DNA from: Phaeosaccion multiseriatum
Lineage: Eukaryota; Protista; Ochrophyta, other classes
Direction of reading: 5' to 3'
Assembly: GCA_965112735.1 (NCBI GenBank)
Contig: OZ218961.1
Coordinates: 1,054,001 to 1,118,000, forward strand
DNA length: 64,000 bases
The notes under the pieces were generated by a model. That model did not search any database, was not told the origin of the DNA, and saw nothing but the letters and a program-made list of their open reading frames with translations. Within the stretch, counting starts at the first letter, position 1, and every line of letters begins with the position of its first letter. The translations under genes and the position numbers were made by a program. Positions 36,041 through 48,696 of the stretch are shown piece by piece.

Positions 36041-38674
36041 TCAGTATTTGGGCCCCGCTCTGTACTTGGCCAATGTGCGCCTCTGTATGAGCGCCATAAC
36101 GCCGCCATCTGTGAACACCTCCCTCATGCTCTCCCCCAGCGCCCTGCGGAGGCGAAGGTCGCGAAGGCAAGCAACATCTCCAGCAGCAGCAGCAGTAGCA
36201 ATACCCGTAAAGGTGCCTCCTCTCCTTGCTCCTCCTCCCTCGCCCTCTCTCCTACCACCCCCACCCCCATTCGAGTCCCGGTCGACCTCCGCGTGTTGGT
36301 CCTCCACGTCGTCGACGTCGCCATCGTCGCCCTCACCATCATCACCAAACGGATCTCCTCTACCTGCGTCGCCCCTTTGCCCTCGGATGCGCACTCCCCT
36401 TCCCCTTCCCATTGGACTCTTCACCCCCTTCCCCTTCGATGAGCCGAGCCGAGCAATGTCGGAGATGAGTGCGGCATACTGCTCGCGAAAGAGGCCCCTT
36501 AGTTCCCCTTCTTCTTGTCGTCCGTCTCCCTCCTCCTCGTCCTCCTCCTCGTCCTCCTTATCGTACAGTAGTCGTGACAGCAATTTTTCTCCCCTAACCC
36601 TCTCCTTCTGCTTATGCCACTGCTTCTGCTCATGCTTCTGCTGCTTGTCTCGGTCCTCTCCTTCTTCCTCAAAGGCATCAAGTACGGTGAATCCATTATT
36701 GGCATTGGCGTTCGAGCTGCCACTGCTGCCACTGCTGCCTTCTTGCCAGGCAGGGGGGGGAGGTCTGGGTGGAGCAGGCATCACTTGAGCCCAGCCCCAG
36801 TCGATGTCTGCAGCAGCTGACTCTGCTGGCAATGCGCCTTCCCCTCCGACTTGCTGGGAGTGCTGCTGTTGTGGTGGTATGCCCACTCGCCCCTTGCGGG
36901 GTTCAGTCCCTCTGCTTCCTCCCTCCCCCTCTCCTCCTCCTCCTCCTCCTCCTCCTCCTCCTCCTCCTCCTCCTCCTCCTTGACTGTTCTCGTAACACCG
37001 GCATGTGCAAGCACACCTCATGCTCTGACCCTGAGAGGAGGCTGCTTCTTCCGCCTTCTTTTCCTCTTCTCCCTCCTCCTCCTCCTCCTCCTCTTGCTGC
37101 TCCTGCCACTGCCGCCGCTGCCGCCGTTGCCGGCTGTCGACGACACTACTGGCCGCGTTGGTGGACCGCGCCTTCACCTTGTGCTCCTCCCCCCACCCCC
37201 TGGCCTGCAACGTATACACCAATGCAAGTGAGATGAGTCTCTCCTCCAACGCTGTCTGCCCCTGTCTGTGTTGCTGCCGATACTGCTGCGCTGTATCACC
37301 AACTGCTGATGACATGCCATCGAGATGATGACTCGTCCCCCCCGCCCAAGTCGAGCGTCTCAGGGCTACCCCACCCGTACCCCCACCCGCCCCTGCCCCC
37401 CCCGCCCTGCTGCTCCTCTTGCCTACTCCTTCTTCTACGCCCCCCTCGCCGCACCTCCCGCCACGAGTGCCCTCGTCCCAGCTGGGAATGACGATTCCTT
37501 CCCCCTTCGCAACCTCGTTATTGCGAAGTGCGCACATCTCAACCGGCCACGTCGGCTCACGCTGAGGCGGCGTCCAGGGGAGCGGAGGCGGGCGGAGGTG
37601 GGGGTGATGGTCGGAGGAGGAGGTAACGCCCCTTCCATTCCCAGCCCCGCCCCCGCCCACGGCCGGCGATGCATACGGGTTGGACGAAGAACTATCATGG
37701 GGGGTATTCGCCATCTGTGGTGCAGAAGGAGCCCCCTCCTCCTTCCCGACTTTGCTGGAGAGGACTTTGTTGCTCCCGTTCTTGTTGCTGGTGGTGTCAT
37801 TGTTACCTCTGAGCGAAGAGTTGTGCAAGCTGCTGCCGGCTTCGTACCGCAGCGTTGCCTCCCCGTCGGCCATCGCCCCCTGGGCAACAGCTGCAGTGGC
37901 TGTGGTGGTCGACATTTCATCGCCGGCAGTGGCGCCCGCATTCTCCGCTCCTCCTCCTCCTCCTCCTCCTCCTCCCTCTCCTCCTTGTCTTTGAGCCGAG
38001 GATACCGCATACTTGGCCTCTTCGTCTGCGTCTGAGTCGAATAGAAAACGACTGGGCATTCGCGAGCCTTCCTCGCTACCCTCCTCCTCCTCATCGCCCT
38101 CCCCCTCTGCAATGTCCCCCACGCTAGCCAATCGCCGAGCAGCGGCAGACAGAGCAGACAGAGCTCGAGCTCCTTGCACTTGCATGACGCTCACATCATC
38201 ACCGCTCATATCACTTCCACCACCGTCTGCTTCGTCGGCATCTCCTCCTTCCTCCTCCTCCTCCTCATCTTCATAGTCATCGTCATCATAATGGTCCTCG
38301 TCCTCATCCTCATCCTCACCGCCCCCCCCCCTATTTCTCCCCCCCTTGTCCTCGTCACTTGGCACGTCTCGGTCCCCATCCTCGCTCTGATGAGTAGGTC
38401 GATGTTGGGTCAGCGTCGCGTGGAGCAAGGCCAAGTGGTCCTCCACATCCTTGGCTGCAGCTGCATCCTTGGCCTGCCGGTCCACCGAGTCACTGTGGTG
38501 GCGCTCAAACTCGTCCGAGTTGCTTCCATACTCGGGAGAGAAGGGCGGAGTGGCATCCTGGTTCGCACTGTCGTCCTGTTGCTTTGATTGGGGTCTCGGC
38601 GAAGGGTACCGCTGCTGCAAGTCGATGCTCTCAACATCGTCCTCGAAGTCGTCGTCGAACTCATCCTCGTACAT
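36041..38674 (-). CDS. Single-exon 877-aa acidic low-complexity hypothetical protein
   Basis: Long ATG-initiated ORF with a few ordered islands ([19 protein letters not shown]; [16 protein letters not shown]; [21 protein letters not shown]). Confidence 0.65.
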   Translation of the reverse strand: MYEDEFDDDFEDDVESIDLQQRYPSPRPQSKQQDDSANQDATPPFSPEYGSNSDEFERHHSDSVDRQAKDAAAAKDVEDHLALLHATLTQHRPTHQSEDGDRDVPSDEDKGGRNRGGGGEDEDEDEDHYDDDDYEDEEEEEEGGDADEADGGGSDMSGDDVSVMQVQGARALSALSAAARRLASVGDIAEGEGDEEEEGSEEGSRMPSRFLFDSDADEEAKYAVSSAQRQGGEGGGGGGGGGAENAGATAGDEMSTTTATAAVAQGAMADGEATLRYEAGSSLHNSSLRGNNDTTSNKNGSNKVLSSKVGKEEGAPSAPQMANTPHDSSSSNPYASPAVGGGGAGNGRGVTSSSDHHPHLRPPPLPWTPPQREPTWPVEMCALRNNEVAKGEGIVIPSWDEGTRGGRCGEGGVEEGVGKRSSRAGGAGAGGGTGGVALRRSTWAGGTSHHLDGMSSAVGDTAQQYRQQHRQGQTALEERLISLALVYTLQARGWGEEHKVKARSTNAASSVVDSRQRRQRRQWQEQQEEEEEEEGEEEKKAEEAASSQGQSMRCACTCRCYENSQGGGGGGGGGGGGGGGGEGEGGSRGTEPRKGRVGIPPQQQHSQQVGGEGALPAESAAADIDWGWAQVMPAPPRPPPPAWQEGSSGSSGSSNANANNGFTVLDAFEEEGEDRDKQQKHEQKQWHKQKERVRGEKLLSRLLYDKEDEEEDEEEGDGRQEEGELRGLFREQYAALISDIARLGSSKGKGVKSPMGRGRGVRIRGQRGDAGRGDPFGDDGEGDDGDVDDVEDQHAEVDRDSNGGGGGRREGEGGGARRGGTFTGIATAAAAGDVACLRDLRLRRALGESMREVFTDGGVMALIQRRTLAKYRAGPKY

Positions 38675-39066
38675 TGATTATCGTATCTCTCCCGCGAGTA
38701 AAGAGAGAAGAGAGAGAGGAGAAGAGGGATGCCACCAAAAAAGCAATTGCAAAAAAGGCATCAACCGCCACCAGCGAGGTGCCTCACAGATCGTCCATGG
38801 GATGGAGTTTCCGTCAAGCGGCTGATCACTCTGCCAGCACCCTAGCCTGCGGACTCACACGATGCCTTGTGTGTCTTGAGGAGAGAAGAAAGGAGTGAGA
38901 GACTGGGAGGGAGAGAGAGAGAGGGAGGGGGGTGGCGCGGGGTCTCTTCATTGACTTAATGGTAGTCACCTAAAAAACCATGTAAAAAACGGGGAGAGAG
39001 AGAGAGCTGAGAAGAAGCAAAACAAGCCAAATATAGGCAATTAGGTAGGAGGGGAGGAAGCCTACG

Positions 39067-41584
39067 ATGGCACTGGTGTGCATTGCCCGGGGCGGAGGAA
39101 GCGGCCTTGTAGGTGAGGGGTGAAACCAAAAGGCACACGTGCAGGGGGGGGGAGGAGTAAGGGCGGGGGAGGAGGAGGAGCAGAGGACGAGAGCTGTGAA
39201 GAGAAGCTGTGATCGGTACCCTGCAACCGCTTCTCATGATTTTTCGTGACTGCTTTCCGCGGTGAGGAGGGACCCTCCCTCCCTCCCTCCCTCCCTCCCT
39301 CCCCCACGCCCTCCTCCCTGCTTCCAACCGGCCTGACTCTGTTTGGCCCCCACTCCCTGCCCCTATACCGAATCTCTGCCCCAAGTAGGTAGTGGAAGCC
39401 GTGGCCTTAGGCGACAATGTCTCTGCTCCTCTACCAGCCCCCACCAGCCCCACCGACAGCGAAATCGGCAGAGGCAGCAGCACAGAGGGGTCACAGCCTT
39501 GATAATGGGAGCCCCAGGTGAGGAGAAGACCGTCCTGTCCGGAGACGCCTGCTGCTGAAAGGATGAGGAGGGGGAGGTGGGGAGCTGTAGGATCGGAGTA
39601 CTGGCAGAAGAATCATCCAATGAACTACACGATCCCCACCCCTCCCTCTCCTTCCTCTTGACACCCCTCTTTGTAACGCACGCCCCCCTCTTTCCCCCCT
39701 TGATCTGCTTATCTGCCGACGCTGCTGCTACTGCTCACCGACGGCCGCACACAGGCAGCGGAAAGGGTACCATAAGCAAGAAGATCATCAACAACTTTCC
39801 GTCCTTTGTCCACCTGAGCACCGGTGACTTACTGCGCGAGGCAGTGAGGGAGGAGACTGCGCTTGGAGTGCTCGCGAAAAGGTAGGACACACACACTTAT
39901 GTCACGGGTGGTGTCTGTGTGTGTGAGAGAGGGACAGAGATAGGGAGGGGCGAGGAAAGAGGGAGAGGGAGAGAGAGAGAGAGCGGGACTCAGCTTGGTT
40001 GGGATGACCCCTGCACCAATGGCACTTGTATTCATACTCTGCCTTCCTTCCTTCCTTCCTTCCTTCCTCGTGCGTGTGTGCGTGTGCGTGTGTGCATGTG
40101 CGCCAGGTTTATGGATCAAGGGGAGCTAGTGCCGGATGATGTCGTGGTTGATGTCCTTGCTCAGGCGTTACAGAAGGTACCCAAGGGGAAGCACACCTTG
40201 CTTGACGGCTTTCCACGGACCTTGCCACAGGTGAGGGAGAAGGAGGGAGAGGAAGAACAGGACGGAGGGAGGAAGAAAGACAGGAGAAAGGAAGTAGGGG
40301 AGGAAGGAAGGAAAGAAGGCAGGAAGGCGTACATTCAGGCAGAGGGACGGGGTGGTGGGGCGACAGCGAGGCACGAGAGAAAGCACTGGTGGGGGGAAAC
40401 CCCAAGAAGATGGGTGGGTACTAAAGTACTTTGCATCTCCTTCTCCTCTCCTCCCTCCTTCTCCTTTTCCTCCTCCTCCTCTTCCTCCTCCTCCTCCTCC
40501 TCCTCCTCCTCCTCCTCCTCCTCCTCCTCCTCCTCCTCCTCTCGTCCTCCCCCCCCTCCTGTGCCCCCTCTTTGCGCCACTACAATAACAAACTGGTGGC
40601 GATCGACTTGCCGCCTCTTACGACCCGTCGTGTCTGAAGGGTAACGCTCTTGACAAGAGACTCAAGCTGGACTTTGCGCTCGAGATCAACGTGCCGAGAG
40701 AGACCATCATAGACCGACTGAGCGATCGGTGGCTGTGCGAGAGCAACGGACGCATCTACGCGTATACCTACAACCCACCCAAGGAGAGAGGTGAGTGAGT
40801 TAATCGCCAGCAGCAGCAGCAGCAGCAGTTGGTGATACAGCAGCAGCTGCCCCTACCACCTCCCCTTCCTCGCCTCATATCCTCTCTTCTCTCCTCTCCT
40901 CCCCTCTCCTCTCGTCTTCTCCTCACCTCTCCTCCTCCCCTCTCCTCTCCTCTTCTCTTCTCCTCTCCTCTCCTCTTGTCCTTTCCTCTCCTCTCCTCTC
41001 CGCATATCCCCCCTCCCTCGCCTCTTGTCCGGTCCTCTCTCAGGCAAAGACGACGAGACTGGCGAGCCCCTTGTGCGGCGGCCTGACGACGACCCTGCCG
41101 TGGTGGAGAGGAGGCTCATCGAGTACGAGGAGATTACCTCCCCATTGCTGGTACGAAGAGGAGACAAGGAGGGGGGGAGAGGAGCGCGAGGAAGGAGGGG
41201 AGGGAGGGGGGGAGAAAGCGGGGAAAAGGTGAGGGAGCGAGAGACGTAGAGACACACACACACACAGACAAACAAGCACACACGCAGAGAGGAGGGTTAG
41301 GGTGCGGAGGGGTAGTGAGGGAGCGAGCGAGCGAGAGAGGACCCTCCTTCCCTAACTTTGTCTCTCCTTCCCTCCCTCCCTCCCTCCCTCCCTCGCTCCT
41401 CCTCTCTTCCCTCTCCTTCCCTCTCTCTCCCTCCCTCCCTCCCTTCCTCCCCTCCGACCAGGAGCACTACAAGTCAAAGGGTTTGCTCACTTCCTTCACA
41501 GGCACCAAGAGTGACGTCATCTACGTAGACGTCAGGAAATGGCTGGAAGAGAAGCTTTCGCTCTCTGGCCGAGGCAAATTTTGA
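39067..41584 (+). CDS. AK3: Adenylate kinase, AK3-type (mitochondrial GTP:AMP phosphotransferase)
   Basis: Exons 39067-39112, 39389-39517, 39755-39881, 40107-40230, 40640-40790, 41044-41150, 41462-41584. P-loop GAPGSGKGT, HLSTGDLLR, GELVPD, LLDGFPRT, LID RW..SNGRIY..YNPPK..GKDDETGEPLVRRPDD; Arg/Ser-rich presequence. Confidence 0.9.
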
Positions 41585-42659
41585 TGACATAGACGGACTG
41601 CTACATTCCTTTTTTTGAAGGAGATTTTTTTTACGATAGAGCGAGACACTTTGATTTCGGTGTGAGAACGCCGACCAAAGGGGCGTATGGAGGGAGGGAG
41701 ATAAGAGAGAGAGAGAGGGAGAGATTCAGCGCCGTCGGGAGGGACAGGCAGGGGTTTCATCGAATTTCGCTTCAAGAGGGCGCGACGAGGAAGGGCAAAG
41801 GCTTGTTTACGAGCTGTCAAGATGCTGCGGTGCTCTTGGTGTGTGGTGTGCCTCTTCCATCGGCCTGGTCCACCGGCCTGAAGAGGGAGGGAGGGAGAAG
41901 AAGCGACGCTATCGAGCTGCTGGGGGGGGTCTTGGTGGGGCAGGAGAGGCACCGATGATGAAGCGATCCCTCGTGTGCTGATGGACGCATGCAGTTGAGT
42001 TGACCATAGAGAGAGAGAAAAGAGGGAGGGAGGGAGGGAGGGAGGGAGGGAGGGAGGGAGGGAGGGGGGGACAACGGGGAGATAGAGGGAGAGAAAATGA
42101 GACGGGGAGGAAGAGAGAAATAGAGAGCGAGAGGGAGTGTACCTCCAGCGGATCTGTTCACCCAATTGGTCCGCGGGGTGGGGGTGCGTACGCAAAGGGG
42201 AAATGGCGGGGAGTATGTGTGTTGGTCCACCACCTGCGACAGCTGTGAACAGAGGTGCCGCCATGGCGGAGAGAGCACAAATAGTCAGCTGTTAATCGAA
42301 AGGAGTCACTGCTAGAGGGGGAGGGAGGGGGGTGTGTAAGATAGTGTTCGTTTATATTGTATTTTTCTATTTTTTTACTACAAGAGGTATTTTTTTTTAT
42401 AAAAATTGATTTGAACATACTAAAACTGATGGGTAACAGTTGCTTTGACCGCAACTTAAAACATGTTGCATTAATTCATTCTTGATGTCAACAAGTGAGT
42501 GTGATGAGATGAAGCAGAAAAGTTTTGGCGGAGTTGGACTTGAAACGGTGATAAGATGCATGCGGTCCGGGCGAGGCTGCGCCAGCCTCGGTGAGAGTGT
42601 ATCAGGAGCAAAAAACGGCGCCGGAAAAATAGAAAGGAAGGATGTCGTCGACCCCTGAC

Positions 42660-43032
42660 GTGCGACCTGCTAACTGCTACCGCCGGCGTCAGCCAACGTG
42701 CTACTACCTGCCAACGCCGCCAGGGTCAGCCAACGTGCTACCTGCATCAGTTAGTGTCAGCCAGCCTTGACCTGCTACCAGCCGACCGGCCGGCCGGCCA
42801 ATCATCAGCTGCCACCGCCGGCGTCCTAGCTGCTACCTACTACCGCCGGCGTCAACCGGCGTGCTACCTGCTACCGGCCGGCCACCAGTAACGTGCAACC
42901 AGGCCCTGGGGGAGGGCCCGGGCCCGGTACCATGTGGGTGAATATGGAGGGTTCGATATCAATATGAAGGAGAGCATGCGATATCGATAACGATATCGAT
43001 ATTGATATCGATATCGGAAAACCCCAGGGGGG
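42660..43032. repeat. Degenerate tandem array (gctaccgccggcgtcagccaacgt-like) followed by a (gatatc)n palindromic cluster; possible DNA-transposon remnant
   Basis: Repeated ctacc/gccggcgtca units at 42672-42895; gatatcgata cluster at 42955-43016. Confidence 0.5.
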
Positions 43033-43249
43033 GACTCTCCGTTGCCGCGCTTGTGATTCCATCGCACCTCGAAAGGCCGATCTCCCAGCAGACAAGGGCA
43101 TACGTGTAGAGAAGGAGCAAGAGGCAGTGGTGAAGCATTGGAGGAGGGAGAGCCTGGCAGAGTCCCTCTACCTCAGAGCAGATGGAGAGGCAAGGCGCCG
43201 AAGGGATCGAGATTTGAAAATCTGAGCACGTGGAGCAGAACAAGAGACG

Positions 43250-44148
43250 ATGGCCGTCCTCGCGAGCGTGGAGACGCGTTTTTTACTCGTCACACACGAC
43301 GATGAGTCGCACTTTGTGGCTTTGTACACGGGCCTCGACCCGAGGGAGCTCAACGCCCTCCTCAAGGCAGTGTACCGGATCGGAGCGGGAGAAGTCATTG
43401 GCCTCCGGGAGGGAGGGAGTGGGGTGGTTGTGCCTTTGTCCCTGGTCTGCACCAGCCCGGAGAAGCTTGGGCCGGACTCGCACGCCCTTCTCCTCACCAC
43501 CAGCACCAGTGGAGAAGGAGGCAATGGCGGTGACGCCCTGTACACCCGCAAGGGTTATGGCGAACAAAGTGCTCGAGGTATTGAGGAGATGATTTACAGA
43601 GCCATCCCTACTGCTACTGCCTCTGGTCCCATTTGGGGGAGTAGCGAAGGTGCGGGAGGCGGAGGGCGTGCTGCCAGAGACCAATTTGCTAACAACTTGG
43701 CGACTCAGGTCCGTGTTTTCCTATCACCGGCATGGCAAACTAACCCGGTTGCATATCAATCAGTCTATCCATCTCCACCTTTGTCGCCCCAAGCGTGGTA
43801 ATCTTTTGTGTCTTGTCAAAACTACATACACCCCTCAGTCTTTCCATCCTATGATAAATGTGTGGCTGTCTGCCCCACAGACTAGGCGGCTGAAGGAGGC
43901 AGCTGCGTCGTGGCAGACTCTGCGGGAAAGAACAGAGTACCAGAGAAGGGAGGGGGAGGGGGAGGAGGATGAGGAGGAGGAGAGTGACGATGACGACGAA
44001 GACGAAAGGGAGGAGGAAGACCGTGAGGATCCAGGAGAAGGTAGGCTCGGCGGGCGCTTTGTAGCAGTGTCTCTTTTTGAGCCCACGGTATTCCGAGCTA
44101 CTCTGAGCTACAAGAGACAGAGAGAGAGGGGGCAAGGGTTGAGCCGCG

Positions 44149-44196
<48 letters not shown>

Positions 44197-47100
44197 ACAC
44201 CCACACACACACACCCACACCTGCGTACACATACACACACACGCGCGTACACATTGTCACACTCTCTCCCCCCCTCACTGCCCTCACCCCCTCCCTCCAT
44301 CTCTCGCTCGTTGTCTCCCTACCATTCCCCCCTTCCCTCTCCACACATACACGCGCGCGCGCACACACACACGCACACACCCACACATTTATACACACAG
44401 AGGAGTGGAGAAGGTCCCTGCGCAATCCCTATGGCATCAACATGGAGAGGGCCGAGCACACCATGCGCTCCTTCGCTCTGCAGATGTCGAACAAGGGTCT
44501 GCTGTCCGACCCCGAGCTGCGAGCTTTCCAGGAGGCCATGAACGAAGGTGAGTAAGTGAGTAAGGCACCAATGCTGAGGCACCAATGGTGTGGCAGACAA
44601 GTGCGAGCTATTAGACACCTTTTTGTGTACCGCTACAAAGGAGAGGTATCTGTGTTGTTTCCCCGCAGCTGGTGTGGAGCGAAGGGCAAACGAAACGTAA
44701 TTTTGTCGTCCTTGTTGTCATCGCGCGGCGCTAACAACCATTCCCGACCCACTTAATACGCCAATGAACAGGGGCCGGTGTGGTGACCGCTGTCTACGCG
44801 GTGGCAGTGGCGGATCAAGATCAAGAGTATCTCGCTGCACTCATCATGGACGTGGCGAGTCGGAGGCTGTCGGCGGAGGGGAGGGAGTCACTTGCAGCAC
44901 AAGAGATTATGTTGAAGTTGGCCGCTGCCCTGGCCAGTGAAGGAGGGGGAGGGGTAGGGGGTGAGCCTTTGGATCGGTCGCAGCTGTTGTATCTGTGTAA
45001 CCTCATTCTTGTGCGCAGCGAGGCGGTCAGCTCGGTGTATGAGGCCTATCTAGGAGGGGGGAGTGCGGAGGGCCTGGTGAATGAATTGAAGGAAATTGCG
45101 GTTACCATGAGCGCAGGAGCGGCAGCACGGAATAGAGGAACCGCTCGCAGCGGCGGCAGGAGGAGGCAGAAGCGAGGCCGGGAGGAAGTGGACGAGGGGG
45201 ATGAGGAGGATGGCCGCGACGACGACGACGACGACGAGGAGGAGGAGGAGGACGACGGAGATCAGGAGGTGGAGGAGGAAGTGGAGGGGGTGGTGGTACA
45301 CCCTGATGTGGCGGAGGCGATTCTGTCAACCCTGACGGAGATGGCCAACAGAGGCCTCCTTCGCGTTGAAGAGGCCAAGCTTCTCATGCAGATGGTGACG
45401 CAATCTCCGTCAGATAACTCTACTTCCAGTGGAGCAGCAGCAGCAAGAGCAGGAGGAGGAGGAGGAGGAGGGGGAGGGGAGTGTGCGAGTCCAGGAGGAG
45501 GAGGACGGCAGCCGCTGGACGTGATTGTGGCTGCGTTTGACGTATATGCCGACGACGGGAAGCTTGAGGAGCTTGTGGACACGCTCAGTCGCGTGGCCCG
45601 ACTGGAGGGGCGAAGGAGACTCAAGGAGGTAATCGGGACGGCGCAGGCGGGAGGGGAAGCAACAGTAGCAGCCACAGCAGCAGCGGCGGCAACAGCGGCG
45701 GCAACAGCGGCGAAGGCTGCGAGGGCATCGGCGGCAGCGGCAGCAGCGGCAGCCCCTTCGGCGCCTCTGGATGGCGTCTCCACTGGTGCTAAGGATGAGG
45801 AGGAACAGCAGCTGATGCTCAAGCTCAAGCTCGCCTCGTTGGACAAGATGACCCCCACGGAACTTTTGGCGGAGGTTGGTGTGAAGAATGTGTGGAAGGG
45901 GCGAGTGCCGGATGTGCTCCTCAAGGTGCTTTGGAAGTCTGTGGCCGTTTGGGCCCTGACAGCGCCAGCCCCTCCGTCGCCCGCCCTCCCTTCTTCTGTA
46001 GCTGCTTCTGCTTCGACCGGTGGTGGTGCTAAAGTGGGAGGAGAGGGAGAGACGGGGGGAGAAGGAGGGGGAGGGGGGATGAACAAGTGGCAAGCGGCGC
46101 TGATTTGCAACGCTTTCATCCGCTTTGGCAACCACGCTGACACGTCAGAGAGGGAGAAGGAAGAGGAGGAGGAGAAGGAGGGGGGACTCTCCTCTCCCTC
46201 CCGTGGCAGTGGTGGTGATGGGCTGGGCACGTGCTCCAGGCTGGTGCGTAGCGCTTGGGAGGTGTACAAGCTGGAAAAAGACGAGGGGGACTTGCTAGAC
46301 ACTCTGCTTCGTGTGGCGCGAGTCGCGACGGAGGCGACGCAAAGGTCTGCGGTGGAGGAGGACGGGCCCTTGGCGGGCATGATTCTGAAGCACCAACAGC
46401 AGTACCAGCGAGGGGGGGTCGGCTTGAACAGTGGAGGTAGCAGTGCTGGTAGGAGGCGTGGAGGAGGGTCAGGCGGCTTCGGTGGTGGTGGGATGGACAG
46501 CATGGGGAGCAGCGGCAGTGGTTGGGGCGGGGGTTGGGGTGGAGGTGGCTCACCAATGACGACGGAGGAGATGCAAGCGGAGCATCTTCACATGAAGAAG
46601 GTCGGGCGGTGTGTGGTGACGTTACTCAAGGACGGTCGGATCAACGAGGCCCAGGCCAAGTGCCTTTTGGACGCTTCCCCCAAGGCCAGGGTGTTGATCA
46701 TTGGCACTCTGGAGACGTTTGACCAGGACGAGTCCGTGGAGAAGCTCTTGGAGACGCTCACGATGATTGCGGTCAAGGAGGAGGAGCTGAGGAGGATGAG
46801 AGGCTTCGGTGACCAGCCTTCTCCTGTGGTGGCGCCGTACTCTTCCCCACCCCGGCATGTGCAGGGATCGTCGTCACAGCAGGATGAGCCGCGGAGCTTC
46901 TCGGTGGAGCAGGGGAACAAGTTGGTGGTACAGGAGGAGGAGGAGGAGGAGGAGGAGGAGGAGAAGACGCAGAGCAGGGGAAAGGCAAGACGCGATGCAG
47001 GCAATGATGCAGCAGCCACCTCCTCCTCCTCCTCCTTCAGTCTGACGCGTGCGCAAGAAGAGATTAACGAGTTGGTGATGCGTTTGTACGAAGACGCCAA

Positions 47101-48448
47101 GTTATCAGCCTTGGAATGTGGTGTGGTGGGGCGCCTCGTTGAGGTGTGTGACTCGCGCATCATCGACGCACATGCGGCCTACGTGGTGACGCAAAACGTG
47201 GACTTGTTAGTGGAGACAATTCTCGGTCTGGCACGACAGGGGGAGGATCTGTTGCAGCAGCAGGCCATGTATTGGGAGCAGCAGCAGCAGCAGCAGCAGG
47301 AGGGGGAGGGAGACGAGGACTCTAGTGAGGAGGAGGATGATGATGCTGATGATGAGGAGGAGGAGGAGGAGGCGGACGATGAGGAGGATGAGGAGGCTGA
47401 GGAGGGTGAGGAAGGTGAGGAGGAGGAGGACGAGGAGGAGGAGGAGGAGGAGGAGGATGACCTCGACCTCAGCCCGGAGGATTGCAAGAGAGTTGTGAGG
47501 CTCATGGCACAGACGGAGGTCATTTCCCCCGCCATACGTGGGCAGCTCCTCCGTCTCATCGACGAGGACGAGCCGAGAGTGCTTGCTGCATTTGATGTGT
47601 ACGAGAAGATGAGGGACGTGAGCGATCTGGTGGATACTCTGAAGCGTATCGCTTTTATTATTGACCAGGAGGAGGACGGAGAGGAGGGGGGGAGGGGGAG
47701 GGGAGGGGGAGAGGTAGAAGAGGGGAAGGAGCAAGGAGGAGAGGACGGTGAGAGTGATGAGGAACAAGACGAAGACAACGTCCAGGAGTCTTCTGGGGGC
47801 GGTGATGGTGAAGAGGACGAAGAGGAGGAGGAAGAGAAGGAGGAAAGAGGAGATGATGTGTATCCCGGCTACGACGACAAGGATTGGTCACACTTTCTGG
47901 ACCGGCGCTTCGGCGAGATTGTGGCAAGCATGCATCTTTCCGATCTGGAGAGCACTGCCCTGCAGCTGTGTGTGCAGAGGTCGGATCCGTCCATAGCCGC
48001 CGCTCTTGAGGTGTTCCGTCTGGAGAAGGACGAGACCGACTTCAAGGACACTCTCCGGCGGCTGGCCAGGGTGACGCTGGAGCAGCTGCAGGCCCCCTCC
48101 TCCTCCTCCTCCTCCTCCTCGCGGGGAGAGCCGCTTTCAGGAGGAGGAGGAGCGCCATCAACAGGCTACGAAGAGGAGGGCGAGGAGGAGGAGGGAGGGG
48201 AGGAGGGAGGCAGAGCACGAGGGGTGGACATGACGTCTGCGGGCCGGGAGAGCTTGTTCCAGACGCTCGTGGCGGACTTGGTGAAGAACGCCATTGTGCC
48301 CTCTCCGGCGGCGGGGGCGGCTCTGCTGGCCATGTTCGACGCTCGCGACTCGAGGGTCATGGCTGCGCTGCACGGCTACGAGGAGAGCGCGGATATGGAG
48401 CAGCTGGTGGTGGACCTGCACGCTGTGCTGGGGGCTGTGCAGCAGTAG
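43250..48448 (+). CDS. ~1480-aa protein: small N-terminal globular domain plus 9 copies of a ~50-aa helical repeat separated by acidic linkers
   Basis: Phase-consistent exons 43250-43708, 43881-44040, 44401-44547, 44772-48448. Repeat consensus L...G.I....A..L..L....D.RV.AA.DVY....D..DLVDTL.R.A. Confidence 0.8.
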
Positions 48449-48696
48449 CTCTGGAGGGCAGAGGAGATGTGGGCACTGTTAACCATTGGCAGGTAGTGGC
48501 AGCATAGCAGCAGCAGGAGGAGGAGGAGGACGAAGGACGAGAAGGAGGACAAGGCGAGAGAGAGGGAAAGCCCCCACACCATTGTTGTATAGCAGGAAAG
48601 GTTTTATTATAAATTAATTGACGAAGGAAAATAAAGACTCCTTGAGGTGGTGCGTGGGCGCGTGTGACGATGTAGTATGTCAATGGGGGAGGTGGC

